From IMG/VR virus record IMGVR_UViG_3300004369_000010, positions 8,256 through 72,255 of that record: 64,000 nucleotides of DNA, one strand, 5' to 3'. The DNA is from a virus. Positions 39,754 to 47,459 of the stretch are shown piece after piece. The notes under the pieces are model-generated. The model searched no databases. It was not told the origin of the DNA and worked only from the letters and a program-made list of their open reading frames with translations. Position numbers and translations under genes: made by a program. Within the stretch, counting starts at the first letter, position 1. Every line of letters starts with the position of its first letter.

Positions 39754-40038
39754 ATGGCAAACCACAACTACATCACCCAACTCCTAGAAAAAATACAACA
39801 ACAAGAAAAAACAATCCAACAACAACACAACAGACTCACCACCCAAGAAAAAACCATACTCAACCTCATGCAAGAAATACAAGAAGCCGAAACAACAACA
39901 AAACAACTCACACACCACACACAACAACTCATCGACCACATCATCAAAACCAAACCCCCCATCCCCACACAAACCCTCCACAACCTCCAACAAACACTCA
40001 CCGAAACAGAAACAATCCCCATCTACCAACACCCCTAA
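39754..40038 (+). CDS. Gln/Thr-rich coiled-coil protein
   Basis: MANHNYITQLLEKIQQQEKTIQ... Confidence 0.5.
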   Translation: MANHNYITQLLEKIQQQEKTIQQQHNRLTTQEKTILNLMQEIQEAETTTKQLTHHTQQLIDHIIKTKPPIPTQTLHNLQQTLTETETIPIYQHP

Positions 40039-40041
40039 ACA

Positions 40042-40137
40042 ATGACCAACAAAACCATCGACATCGCCCTCACCATCATCAGCGCCACCATCACACTCGC
40101 CATCCTCGTCACCATCGCAATCACCGGACGAGACTAA
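40042..40137 (+). CDS. 31-aa membrane peptide
   Basis: MTNKTIDIALTIISATITLAILVTIAITGRD. Confidence 0.4.
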   Translation: MTNKTIDIALTIISATITLAILVTIAITGRD

Positions 40138-40265
40138 ACACACCCCACCCCAAACCAGATAAATCTAAACAGAATAAGCCCATAAGGGGCTGTAATTACT
40201 CCCCCCCATAGGTTGACGGCGGGTCGGAAGTCCCGTGACGTCGTTGGGTTGTTGGCTGCTGTTGT

Positions 40266-40352
40266 GTCGATGTTCCTGTCGATGTTCCTGTCGATGCTGC
40301 CTGTCGATGCTGCTGCTTGTTGCTGCTGCCCGTGTTGTGGCTGCCCGTGTTG
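40266..40352. repeat. short tandem (iteron-like) repeats
   Basis: GTCGATGTTCCT x2, then GTCGATGCTGC x2, then GCTGCCCGTGTTG x2. Confidence 0.7.
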
Positions 40353-40417
40353 TGTTGGTTGGTGTGTGGTTCGGGGGCGTGTTTGGGGAGGGTGTTTTTG
40401 GGTAGGGGTTGGTTGTG

Positions 40418-40446
40418 AGTGTATCCGCTCAGATGCGTCATGTCAA
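40418..40446 (-). promoter_or_regulatory. sigmaA-type promoter firing into non-coding skewed region
   Basis: TTGACA-N17-TACACT on minus strand. Confidence 0.65.
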
Positions 40447-40482
40447 CTCGTTGGGGTGTGACATTGTTGACATGACTGGGGG

Positions 40483-40511
40483 TTGACATGGCTAGGGTGG
40501 TTTTGTAGTAT
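40483..40511 (+). promoter_or_regulatory. sigmaA-type promoter
   Basis: TTGACA-N17-TAGTAT. Confidence 0.75.
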
Positions 40512-40559
40512 CAATGTTGTTGGGAGAGAGGCTCCCCGAGAGGCAGAAAGGACAGTGCC

Positions 40560-40841
40560 ATGAAGGTCAATCTCAGAGAGTGGAAGGAGGGCGAGTTGAT
40601 GGTCGGGTATCAGCAGTTTGAGAAGGACCTGGCCGACCTTGCTCGCCACGTGGAGCATTACCAGGGTCTCATCAAGGAGTGGGGCATTGAGCAGGTGGTC
40701 GCCCACTTCGCAGGCCTGGGCGCGGCCTCAGGGACCATCGGGTCGGAGTTCCATCGCATGGTGGCCGACGCAAATCGCCTGGTGGGAACCAAGTTCCTGG
40801 TCGGAGTCCTCCGAAACCAGGAAGAGCAGGCCGAGGCCTGA
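40560..40841 (+). CDS. hypothetical protein
   Basis: GAAAGGA RBS; own promoter; hairpin after stop. Confidence 0.65.
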   Translation: MKVNLREWKEGELMVGYQQFEKDLADLARHVEHYQGLIKEWGIEQVVAHFAGLGAASGTIGSEFHRMVADANRLVGTKFLVGVLRNQEEQAEA

Positions 40842-40908
40842 GCGACCGAGGGGGTCGGCCCGAAAGGGTCGGCCCTCGTCAGTTCCCCCCCAAAAAACCC
40901 AACAGGAG

Positions 40909-40937
40909 TTGACATGGACTGTGGGGTGGGGTACAGT
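40909..40937 (+). promoter_or_regulatory. sigmaA-type promoter
   Basis: TTGACA-N17-TACAGT. Confidence 0.75.
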
Positions 40938-40985
40938 GAAACACATCGGGAACACAAGGTTCCCACCGACACAAGGAGGCAACCA

Positions 40986-41153
40986 ATGAGCGGAACAGCA
41001 GACGGATGGCGTGACCCCGCACGAGACCACGCCCTCGCATTCACCCTGAAATGGGCAGAGCGAACAGGCAAAGACCCGCATGGGACAGAAGCCGAAGAAG
41101 TGTACGAGCAAGCGTTCCTGGATGCTTGTGACGCAATGGACGCAAGCCGATGA
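40986..41153 (+). CDS. hypothetical protein
   Basis: AAGGAGG RBS before ATG at 40986. Confidence 0.6.
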   Translation: MSGTADGWRDPARDHALAFTLKWAERTGKDPHGTEAEEVYEQAFLDACDAMDASR

Positions 41154-41320
41154 GATACGACATCAAACAGAACTACGACACCGGTCTCTACCATGTCGTG
41201 GACACAGCCTGTGGCAACGCCCCCCTGTGGGGTGAAGAGTACGCCGACCGAAGCGAAGCCGTGAAGCGAGCCAAGCAGTTGGATCGGACAGCATTACCGA
41301 TTCCGAGAAGGAGTCGTTGA
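41150..41320 (+). CDS. hypothetical 56-aa protein
   Basis: ATGA overlap; MRYDIKQNYDTGLYHVVDTACGNAP... Confidence 0.55.
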   Translation: MRYDIKQNYDTGLYHVVDTACGNAPLWGEEYADRSEAVKRAKQLDRTALPIPRRSR

Positions 41321-41530
41321 GTCTCACAGCGTAAGGGCGACACGTCGTCAGGCACTGGCGTCAAACCATGGAGCGGCTCTCATACCGTCCCTGTACCCCT
41401 CAGAGCGGGGTCTCCTAATGCCAGAAGCGTCACCCTCCGCCTCTCACCCTATGCCTCGGGGTGAAGACGGCGACATGACGACACCACCTCCATGGGACGC
41501 ACCCCTCGCCGCAAGGCGGGGGGTGTTCTC
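41321..41530 (+). ncRNA. candidate structured non-coding RNA ending in terminator hairpin
   Basis: long-range pairing GCGTC..CCATGGAG / CTCCATGG-GACGC; GTCGTCA/TGACGAC; TCACCC/GGGTGA; GCAA-tetraloop hairpin at 41500-41525. Confidence 0.45.
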
Positions 41531-41532
41531 AT

Positions 41533-41784
41533 TCACAGACCGAAACGACGGAACAGATCAGCCCTCTCCGGAAGCCACCGAAACAAGTGACCCGTCAGAT
41601 ACGCCCAGAACAACACCAAGCCAGGACGCCCCAACCGCCGAAGCGACATCCGATGGAACGACGCCGACATCGTCGGCTGCCCAACCCGGATCGCAACCAG
41701 ATCGTAGATGGCGATGTAGACAGCCAACCCACCCCAAGCCAACAAGCCCACATCGACAGGGGCGGGACTCTTACCTTGCGTCAT
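41533..41784 (-). CDS. small membrane protein
   Basis: two TM segments; AWGGLAVYIAIYD...WAYLTGHLF. Confidence 0.6.
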   Translation of the reverse strand: MTQGKSPAPVDVGLLAWGGLAVYIAIYDLVAIRVGQPTMSASFHRMSLRRLGRPGLVLFWAYLTGHLFRWLPERADLFRRFGL

Positions 41785-41929
41785 GCGTGCGAAGAGGATG
41801 GCCCGGAGGGAGCAGCTGACGTTTCTTCCCGGCTTTCGTACCGGCAACAGTTTCGACTTCACCGGTTTGCGGGTTGACCCGAGTGCGGCCACCACCGGAG
41901 CCGCCATTGCCTTTCCTGCTCTTACCCAT
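41771..41929 (-). CDS. 52-aa basic protein
   Basis: MGKSRKGNGGSGGGRTRVNPQTGEVETVAGTKAGKKRQLLPPGHPLRTHDAR. Confidence 0.45.
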   Translation of the reverse strand: MGKSRKGNGGSGGGRTRVNPQTGEVETVAGTKAGKKRQLLPPGHPLRTHDAR

Positions 41930-41968
41930 GCCTCCCAGTATGACGCATCACATCAGGAGTCCCGTGGA

Positions 41969-42298
41969 TCATCGATTGTCTCCATCGCCGCTGATCGTCC
42001 CAGCAGCTTGTCGAGCAGCTAGTTTCGACAAGTTGAATCGAGCGATGTCGTTGAGATCGACACCGAGTTGTTCGGCAAGTTGAGCGCAATACCAGAGAAC
42101 ATCACCGATCTCAGCGCAGATGCGGGTTTGTTGATCCTCATCGAAGACGCTGTTGTTGTCTCGGATCGTTTTCTTGACTTTCCCAGCGACCTCTCCAGCC
42201 TCGGACACCAAGCCAAGTGCCAGATAGTAGATGCCTTCGTTCCCTTTCGGGTAGTGGGCTGTTGTGTTTGACGCGCTTTGGTACACACTGAAGTCCAT
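41969..42298 (-). CDS. mazG: MazG-like nucleotide pyrophosphohydrolase
   Basis: LGLVSEAGEVAGKVKK...EIGDVLWY...NLSKLAAR...GDGDNR. Confidence 0.9.
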   Translation of the reverse strand: MDFSVYQSASNTTAHYPKGNEGIYYLALGLVSEAGEVAGKVKKTIRDNNSVFDEDQQTRICAEIGDVLWYCAQLAEQLGVDLNDIARFNLSKLAARQAAGTISGDGDNR

Positions 42299-42315
42299 AT
42301 TGATCCTTTTGACAG

Positions 42316-42390
42316 TCCCCAGACAGGGAGTTGAACCCTGAAAGCGGGTGTTTATAAGACACCCCGCCCCAACCGGGAGCACCCCTGGGG
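42316..42390 (-). tRNA. tRNA-Ile(UAU), atypical, no encoded CCA
   Basis: acceptor CCCCAGG/TCTGGGG; D stem GCTC/GGGC; anticodon arm GGTGT-CTTATAA-ACACC; T arm CAGGG-TTCAACT-CCCTG. Confidence 0.7.
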
Positions 42391-42396
42391 GCGGGT

Positions 42397-43050
42397 CTAC
42401 TGTAGCCCAAATCTCCAGTTGAGGAAAACGCCTGCTTCATCAGACAAGCCCATTGACAGGGCGAGATGGGCGGCGTCAGGGTCATCCCAGTCGGTGGTGT
42501 CGTCAAGTAGTGCTCCGGTGAGTACCTCAACATATTCGTTGTTTCTGAGCGTTTCTGGGCCTTCTGAGTGAAGAAGTGTGCCCCAAATCAACGACTTTCG
42601 GGATTTAGCAGTAAATGGCAAGCCGCAGATGTGAAGTCCATCACCCCCATCTTCAACATGAACCACCGACACACACTCGGTCACCCGCCCCTTCTTGTCC
42701 TCCAAATACGCTTCAGCCAGATCCTTCCCTTTTGAGAACTCCGGATCGCTCGACATCCAGCCCTCCGCCAAAATACTGAACGCATCACACCCCCAACCTT
42801 TGCGCATCACAGCAGCAGCAGTCCCGATGCGCCACACCTTCTCCTCTTCATCAGTTGAATCCCCCCACGCTTCATCGAGCTGAGCAACAACCTTCAAATA
42901 GTCGCCCCTCCAGCCCATCACGTTGATTGACAGTTGCTCCCCGATCCCAAACTCGGACAACAAATGCTCTTTTGCTGATTTGCCGACAGCCACAGCCAGG
43001 GAAACCTTGGCAACAGAGTCCGGATAGATGCCTTCCACACGACGCACCAT
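42397..43050 (-). CDS. hypothetical protein
   Basis: 217-aa ORF with GAAAGG RBS. Confidence 0.65.
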   Translation of the reverse strand: MVRRVEGIYPDSVAKVSLAVAVGKSAKEHLLSEFGIGEQLSINVMGWRGDYLKVVAQLDEAWGDSTDEEEKVWRIGTAAAVMRKGWGCDAFSILAEGWMSSDPEFSKGKDLAEAYLEDKKGRVTECVSVVHVEDGGDGLHICGLPFTAKSRKSLIWGTLLHSEGPETLRNNEYVEVLTGALLDDTTDWDDPDAAHLALSMGLSDEAGVFLNWRFGLQ

Positions 43051-43117
43051 ACCCTTTCAGATGGATTTACAGTGGACTTCCACTATCGAGTCCGTAGAAG
43101 TGACTAAGGTGTACCTC

Positions 43118-43366
43118 ATGGTTGACAAGAACACCCCCAAGAAGAAGGCTGCTCCGAAGAAGGCAGCCGCCAAGAAGAAAGCCGCTCCAAAGAAAGTAGC
43201 CCCCAAGAAGGCTGAGTTCAAGGAGAACGCCAAAGATGGAGACGGCGATGGTCTCGTTCAGGACGGAACAATCCATGAACGCCCCTCCTCCAATGTGATT
43301 CGAACCAATGATGTGAAGAAGGCTTCGCTTCGAACACGTATGGCGAAGTGGTTCAAGCGCGGCTGA
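43118..43366 (+). CDS. histone H1-like Lys/Ala-rich protein with DxDxDG motif
   Basis: KKKAAPKKAAAKKKAAPKK repeats, then DGDGDGLVQDGTIHERP; TAAGGT 7 nt upstream suggests leaderless start. Confidence 0.7.
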   Translation: MVDKNTPKKKAAPKKAAAKKKAAPKKVAPKKAEFKENAKDGDGDGLVQDGTIHERPSSNVIRTNDVKKASLRTRMAKWFKRG

Positions 43367-43793
43367 GAATCAAACGGATCTCGTCAGCTGACAGCAGCAC
43401 AACCGCATAGGACAGGTTGAGAGTCCCGTCGTCGTCTTCTAACACAACATCAACAGCTTCTGGAGAAACTCCGAATGTCGATACCAACGCGGCTTTGATC
43501 ACCGCGGCTTCTCGTTCGGACATCGCCACCTGATGTGCGAGTTGATCCAGAATTGAGGAATACTCATCGAATTGGTCGTTGTCAACCTGTTCATTGAGAT
43601 TTTTTTGATGTTTTTCGGCGAGAACACAGCCCGTACACGCCATTTCTTCAGTTGAAGCAGCTCTTTTGCGTCGTTCAATGTGGCCGCAGTCAAGTCGATG
43701 CTCGTATTCAACTCGACCCCATGATCCCGTGCGGCTGATCTCAACAACGCGGCGTCGAGGAGCAGCTTTTCGACTTATTGGCTCGCCAGCCAC
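43353..43793 (-). CDS. hypothetical zinc-binding protein
   Basis: LDCGH...ACTGC; GTG start assumed. Confidence 0.5.
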   Translation of the reverse strand: MAGEPISRKAAPRRRVVEISRTGSWGRVEYEHRLDCGHIERRKRAASTEEMACTGCVLAEKHQKNLNEQVDNDQFDEYSSILDQLAHQVAMSEREAAVIKAALVSTFGVSPEAVDVVLEDDDGTLNLSYAVVLLSADEIRLILSRA

Positions 43794-44146
43794 GCTTTGC
43801 CTTCTCGAACAGCGTCCGCAAGTCCCGCTCCCCAAGGGAATGCGAGTTGGATCGCCCACTTCTTTCCCATCCATCCTGGCAGCTCATTGTTCCCTTCGAT
43901 AAACGGGGGTAGTTCAGCTGCGAGTTGTTCAGCTGCTTGTTGGATGCGTTGTTGCTCAGCGATCCAGCTTTTGAGGAGGGGGGTGGGTTCTGTGTCCGGT
44001 AGCGAGTTTGCTATTTCGTTGGCGATCTCTTTCGGTGGGAACAGCATTTGTCCTTCCTCCGAGGTCGGATCTACACCGGCTTGCTCCATAGCCATCAGGT
44101 TGAACAGGACTTCCATAACTTCATTCATAGTGTCTACCTTAGTCAA
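43775..44146 (-). CDS. hypothetical protein
   Basis: 123-aa ORF overlapping the next gene. Confidence 0.55.
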   Translation of the reverse strand: MTKVDTMNEVMEVLFNLMAMEQAGVDPTSEEGQMLFPPKEIANEIANSLPDTEPTPLLKSWIAEQQRIQQAAEQLAAELPPFIEGNNELPGWMGKKWAIQLAFPWGAGLADAVREGKAWLASQ

Positions 44147-44165
44147 AAAAGTTTGAGGGTAATGC

Positions 44166-44194
44166 TTGACACCGGATGTCGTTCTTCATATGTT
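44166..44194 (+). promoter_or_regulatory. sigmaA-type promoter, leaderless
   Basis: TTGACA-N17-TATGTT-N6-ATG. Confidence 0.7.
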
Positions 44195-44200
44195 GAGGTC

Positions 44201-44461
44201 ATGACCTACTACCACACATCACATCCGCCGATTTACTACAAGATACGAACAGTTGTTCGTTGCGTCTTTTGGGGTTCCGTTGGTGCTGGCTTGATGGCCT
44301 TCGCCTCCTGGTTCTCCCAGTTGGATGACAAGCCTGCTTGTCCGATCACTCTGAACAGCGACTTCACATATGAGGCATCCCAGTCGTTTGAGGTTGCCTC
44401 GTGTGACCCCGGCAGGAATGTTGTTCTGGTGGATAACACCAGGTGGGAATGGGAAATCTAA
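44201..44461 (+). CDS. small membrane-anchored protein
   Basis: leaderless ATG; one TM segment. Confidence 0.55.
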   Translation: MTYYHTSHPPIYYKIRTVVRCVFWGSVGAGLMAFASWFSQLDDKPACPITLNSDFTYEASQSFEVASCDPGRNVVLVDNTRWEWEI

Positions 44462-44537
44462 AAAGTTTTCTTTCTGAGTTGTATTCTTACACCTAACGCA
44501 TTACTATCTTTCCCATACCTACTATCAAAGGAATGGA

Positions 44538-44711
44538 ATGACGCTCAACCAGAACGACATCAACAAAGAAGCAAAGAAACTCATCGACGAAGCACTTGCC
44601 GACTACTCCGGTGTGAACTTCGTAGAGGCAGGAGACATCACGAACCTTCTCCTTGACCTCCGACTTCTATTCGCCGAGGAGGTGACAACAGTTGGAAACA
44701 CAGACGCTTGA
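44538..44711 (+). CDS. hypothetical 57-aa protein
   Basis: AAAGGA RBS; MTLNQNDINKEAKKLIDEALAD... Confidence 0.55.
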   Translation: MTLNQNDINKEAKKLIDEALADYSGVNFVEAGDITNLLLDLRLLFAEEVTTVGNTDA

Positions 44712-44928
44712 TTACGGCGGGTTCCTACGACTCGTCGCCGACATCCACGGACAACTCCGCCACGAGGTCGGCCCGGACATTCGATACGGACAAACACTCT
44801 TCAATGTCCTCACCAAGGTACGACCTGACATCGCAGAAGAACTGAGGGGAACGAAACTAGACCCCTTCCACAAGACGGGCGAACACATCCTGCCCGAAAC
44901 ATACAAGTTCATCCATGATCTCTGGTAG
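44692..44928 (+). CDS. hypothetical protein
   Basis: GGAGG RBS; RYGQTLFNVL...DPFH motif. Confidence 0.6.
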   Translation: METQTLDYGGFLRLVADIHGQLRHEVGPDIRYGQTLFNVLTKVRPDIAEELRGTKLDPFHKTGEHILPETYKFIHDLW

Positions 44929-44947
44929 GTAGTAGGTACCCCAGAAA

Positions 44948-44990
44948 AGAAGAACCCCCCGTCGAACCCTTGCCGACGGGGGGTTTCTTC
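44948..44990. terminator. bidirectional intrinsic terminator
   Basis: GAAGAACCCCCCGTCG...CGACGGGGGGTTTCTTC between convergent genes. Confidence 0.7.
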
Positions 44991-45005
44991 ATCTCCGACA
45001 AGAGA

Positions 45006-45440
45006 TCAGAACGGCTCCGAGTCCTCCAGAACCTGACTCGGACGACCCTTCGTCGGAACTCGACGAGCCTGACCGCCTTCGGCTGCCCGACGACTACGAA
45101 CAATTGACTCCAAAGCCCTGGTCGAGATCGCAACATCATCGGCGACAAGTTCAACAACCGACCGGTTCTGGCCTTCCTTGTCCTGATAGGTACGCTGCTC
45201 CAAGCGGCCAGTCACAATGACTCGAATGCCCTTCTCCAGAACATTCGCCGCCTCCTCAGCAAGGTTTCGCCAAGCAACCACATTGAAAAACGAGGTTTTC
45301 TCCTGCTTTTCACCGGACTGATCCGTCCAATAGTGATTACAAGCGATACTGAACGACAACTTTGCCGCTCCAGTCGACGTGAACTTCAAATCGGGGTCCT
45401 GAGTGACATTCCCGGTAAGTGTGGTGGGACTAGCTGACAT
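45006..45440 (-). CDS. ssb: single-stranded DNA-binding protein
   Basis: TGNVTQDPDLKFT..G, VVAWRNLAE, VTGRLEQR, acidic EPF tail. Confidence 0.95.
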   Translation of the reverse strand: MSASPTTLTGNVTQDPDLKFTSTGAAKLSFSIACNHYWTDQSGEKQEKTSFFNVVAWRNLAEEAANVLEKGIRVIVTGRLEQRTYQDKEGQNRSVVELVADDVAISTRALESIVRSRRAAEGGQARRVPTKGRPSQVLEDSEPF

Positions 45441-45548
45441 TATCTACGGATCCTCCGTGTTTCATGCCCCAACGGGACTGCTGGGGTCTGAGGGACAGAC
45501 TAGCCGATGTTCCACCCCGGCAGCAACAGTTCTGGTAGATTTCTCAAC

Positions 45549-45770
45549 ATGGACGCAGACCTTGAAGCCGAGATTCGACTGTGGGCGATCACCAAAATCG
45601 CTGAAGTTCTCACAGATTTGGCTGACGACCCTGATGAAGACGAACCCATCGACCGGGAAGAACTATTTGACCAGTTGAAGTCCGTCGGCGAAATGATCTT
45701 TGATGCGTTGAACATCGAAATCTTGTCATCCGACGGGCGGCGGGCAACAGCCACATTCGGTGATGACTAA
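45549..45770 (+). CDS. acidic hypothetical protein
   Basis: TAGATT-N7-ATG leaderless start. Confidence 0.55.
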   Translation: MDADLEAEIRLWAITKIAEVLTDLADDPDEDEPIDREELFDQLKSVGEMIFDALNIEILSSDGRRATATFGDD

Positions 45771-45823
45771 CCGGAAATGCCCTGAATGCGACGGGGTATA
45801 CGACCCCGATCATGAGGATCACA

Positions 45824-46222
45824 TCACAGTAGAGGGTCGCCCGCTCCAGACCTGCCTTCGCCTCGAACAACCTGCTCGATCGCCTTCGATGCCGCCAGAC
45901 CAGACTTCTCGATAGTGTCCTGAACGAACTCATCCCAAGCTTCGGTCATCTGAATCTTCGTCATAATGTCGTCGTCAAAAGTCCCGTGCTTCTCAAAGAG
46001 GTAGTTGTCGACTTCGTTTCGTTCGAGAACGATCAAGGATGCGAACTTCTCAACGTTGTCGACGGCGACCAGGAGATCGACGAGGGCCATGTCTCCGAAC
46101 TTCTTGTGGAACTCTCGTACGAGACCGGCTGCTGCTTGTCGACGGAATACGGCTTCCGGGTCAATAGCCGCATACACCAAAGCGTTGATTTGTTCCGGTG
46201 TCAAAGCCTCATCGTCATCCAT
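45824..46222 (-). CDS. hypothetical protein
   Basis: AGGGG RBS before ATG at 46222. Confidence 0.6.
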   Translation of the reverse strand: MDDDEALTPEQINALVYAAIDPEAVFRRQAAAGLVREFHKKFGDMALVDLLVAVDNVEKFASLIVLERNEVDNYLFEKHGTFDDDIMTKIQMTEAWDEFVQDTIEKSGLAASKAIEQVVRGEGRSGAGDPLL

Positions 46223-46290
46223 TATTGCCCCTAAACGACAAAGTGGGGTGGTTTCCCACCCCAACATTGTAGTTCAGTTTTGTTGTTCGG

Positions 46291-47319
46291 TCAGACGAGT
46301 GACAGTACCGCTTCCTGAGCGGTGATTTTGGTTCGTGTGACCCAACTGTTGTCATCCAAAGAGGCCATAGCCCGATCCTTCGGGTCGGCTTCCCGGTGAT
46401 GATCCAGGTATTCGCCAATAGCGTTGTAGATCGCCCAACCGTTGTAGCCGAAACCACCAGCGTTCTTATCTGACGAGTAAATCGCTCGAATCAGCAAGTT
46501 CTGGTCATCTCGGTTCTTTTTCTGACGCTCGGTCTCACCCTTCTTCGCAGGGAACACCTTGTTGAGGACTGTGTCCAACTGGGGGGATGATGCCGGTACA
46601 GGCACACGGAGCATCTGCTCGGCCATCACCTTGAATGACTTCGCCCATTCCGTGGAAATGTGAAGAACTTCCTGAGCGTCATCAAATGCTGAGTCAATGT
46701 TCTTGGTGTGGCGTGCCACGAACACACGTTCGGCGTTGTGGAGACCCAGTCGGACTGTGTTGTTACACACCGCCCTGATGTCTGTGTTGGCGTAACGAAC
46801 CGGCCATACGCCGTCGTGACCCGTGGACACAACGAGGTAACGGGCGATCCGGTCGTTCACGCCGGTCGGGTCAATGACGAGGGGGCCGAGATCAAGGGTC
46901 ATGAAGAACCGCTTGCCATCTAGGAGCACACCGGCTGTGTCAACGACGGCATCTCCAGCGGATGCTCCGACGACGGCGAGAGCACGCTCGGCGACCTCCA
47001 TGTTCTGTTTCACGGTGTATCGGGTTCCGACCGTTGCCAATCCGTCGAATGTTCCGTCGGTGTTGGCTCGGATGGTGGCCCGACTGTCGTCAATCAGGAC
47101 GGGTGTGCCGTCGGGGTTGCGGAGAATGTTGCCGTCTTCATCGCAGGCGACGACCCGGACGATCCGGACCTCGTAGTCGGCTTCGGCGGCCTTCAGCATC
47201 TCCTCGGCGGTTGCCAACCCTTTCAGGGGTGTTCCTAGGCGATGCCAGGGAACTCCTCCGGTGGCGGCGTAGGCGAACTTGGCTGTGCCGTCGGCCTTTA
47301 TTTCTAGTTCGTGACTCAT
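46291..47319 (-). CDS. DUF932/DUF945-family phage protein
   Basis: MSHELE...PWHRLG, VGTRYTVKQN, TAGVLLDGK, GHDG, RAVCNNT, RHT, WAIYNAIGEYLDH. Confidence 0.85.
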   Translation of the reverse strand: MSHELEIKADGTAKFAYAATGGVPWHRLGTPLKGLATAEEMLKAAEADYEVRIVRVVACDEDGNILRNPDGTPVLIDDSRATIRANTDGTFDGLATVGTRYTVKQNMEVAERALAVVGASAGDAVVDTAGVLLDGKRFFMTLDLGPLVIDPTGVNDRIARYLVVSTGHDGVWPVRYANTDIRAVCNNTVRLGLHNAERVFVARHTKNIDSAFDDAQEVLHISTEWAKSFKVMAEQMLRVPVPASSPQLDTVLNKVFPAKKGETERQKKNRDDQNLLIRAIYSSDKNAGGFGYNGWAIYNAIGEYLDHHREADPKDRAMASLDDNSWVTRTKITAQEAVLSLV

Positions 47320-47424
47320 GTGTCCTCCTTCAGAGGTCTAGTAGGTAAATCTATCGGAGCCGAGTGTACCCTCTCCTCTCCCCTAAATCAAACCAGAAAG
47401 TCAGAAAGATTTCTGAGAAAACAG

Positions 47425-47453
47425 TTGACATGGATACACAGGGTGGGTATGCT
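47425..47453 (+). promoter_or_regulatory. sigmaA-type promoter, leaderless
   Basis: TTGACA-N17-TATGCT-N6-ATG with A/T-rich upstream element. Confidence 0.75.
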
Positions 47454-47459
47454 CCACTC

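Noticed and set aside
39382-40143. Long alternative-frame and antisense ORFs in the A/C-rich cassette
   Set aside because: Stop codons are scarce because of composition; only the part from ATG 39754 of 39382..40038 looks real
40266-40352. Short repeats as a mini CRISPR array
   Set aside because: Repeats are 11-13 bp and nearly contiguous, with no unique spacers
40196-40489. ORFs 40196..40489 (-) and 40213..40461 (+)
   Set aside because: Low-complexity translations of the skewed repeat tract; the minus ORF starts upstream of the predicted promoter
42299-42382. N-terminal extension of mazG in the ORF track
   Set aside because: It runs through the tRNA; ATG 42298 has an AAAGGA RBS
46719-46732. 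CGAAC-ACAC-GTTCG SOS-box-like palindrome
   Set aside because: Deep inside the DUF932 coding sequence and far from a promoter; likely chance
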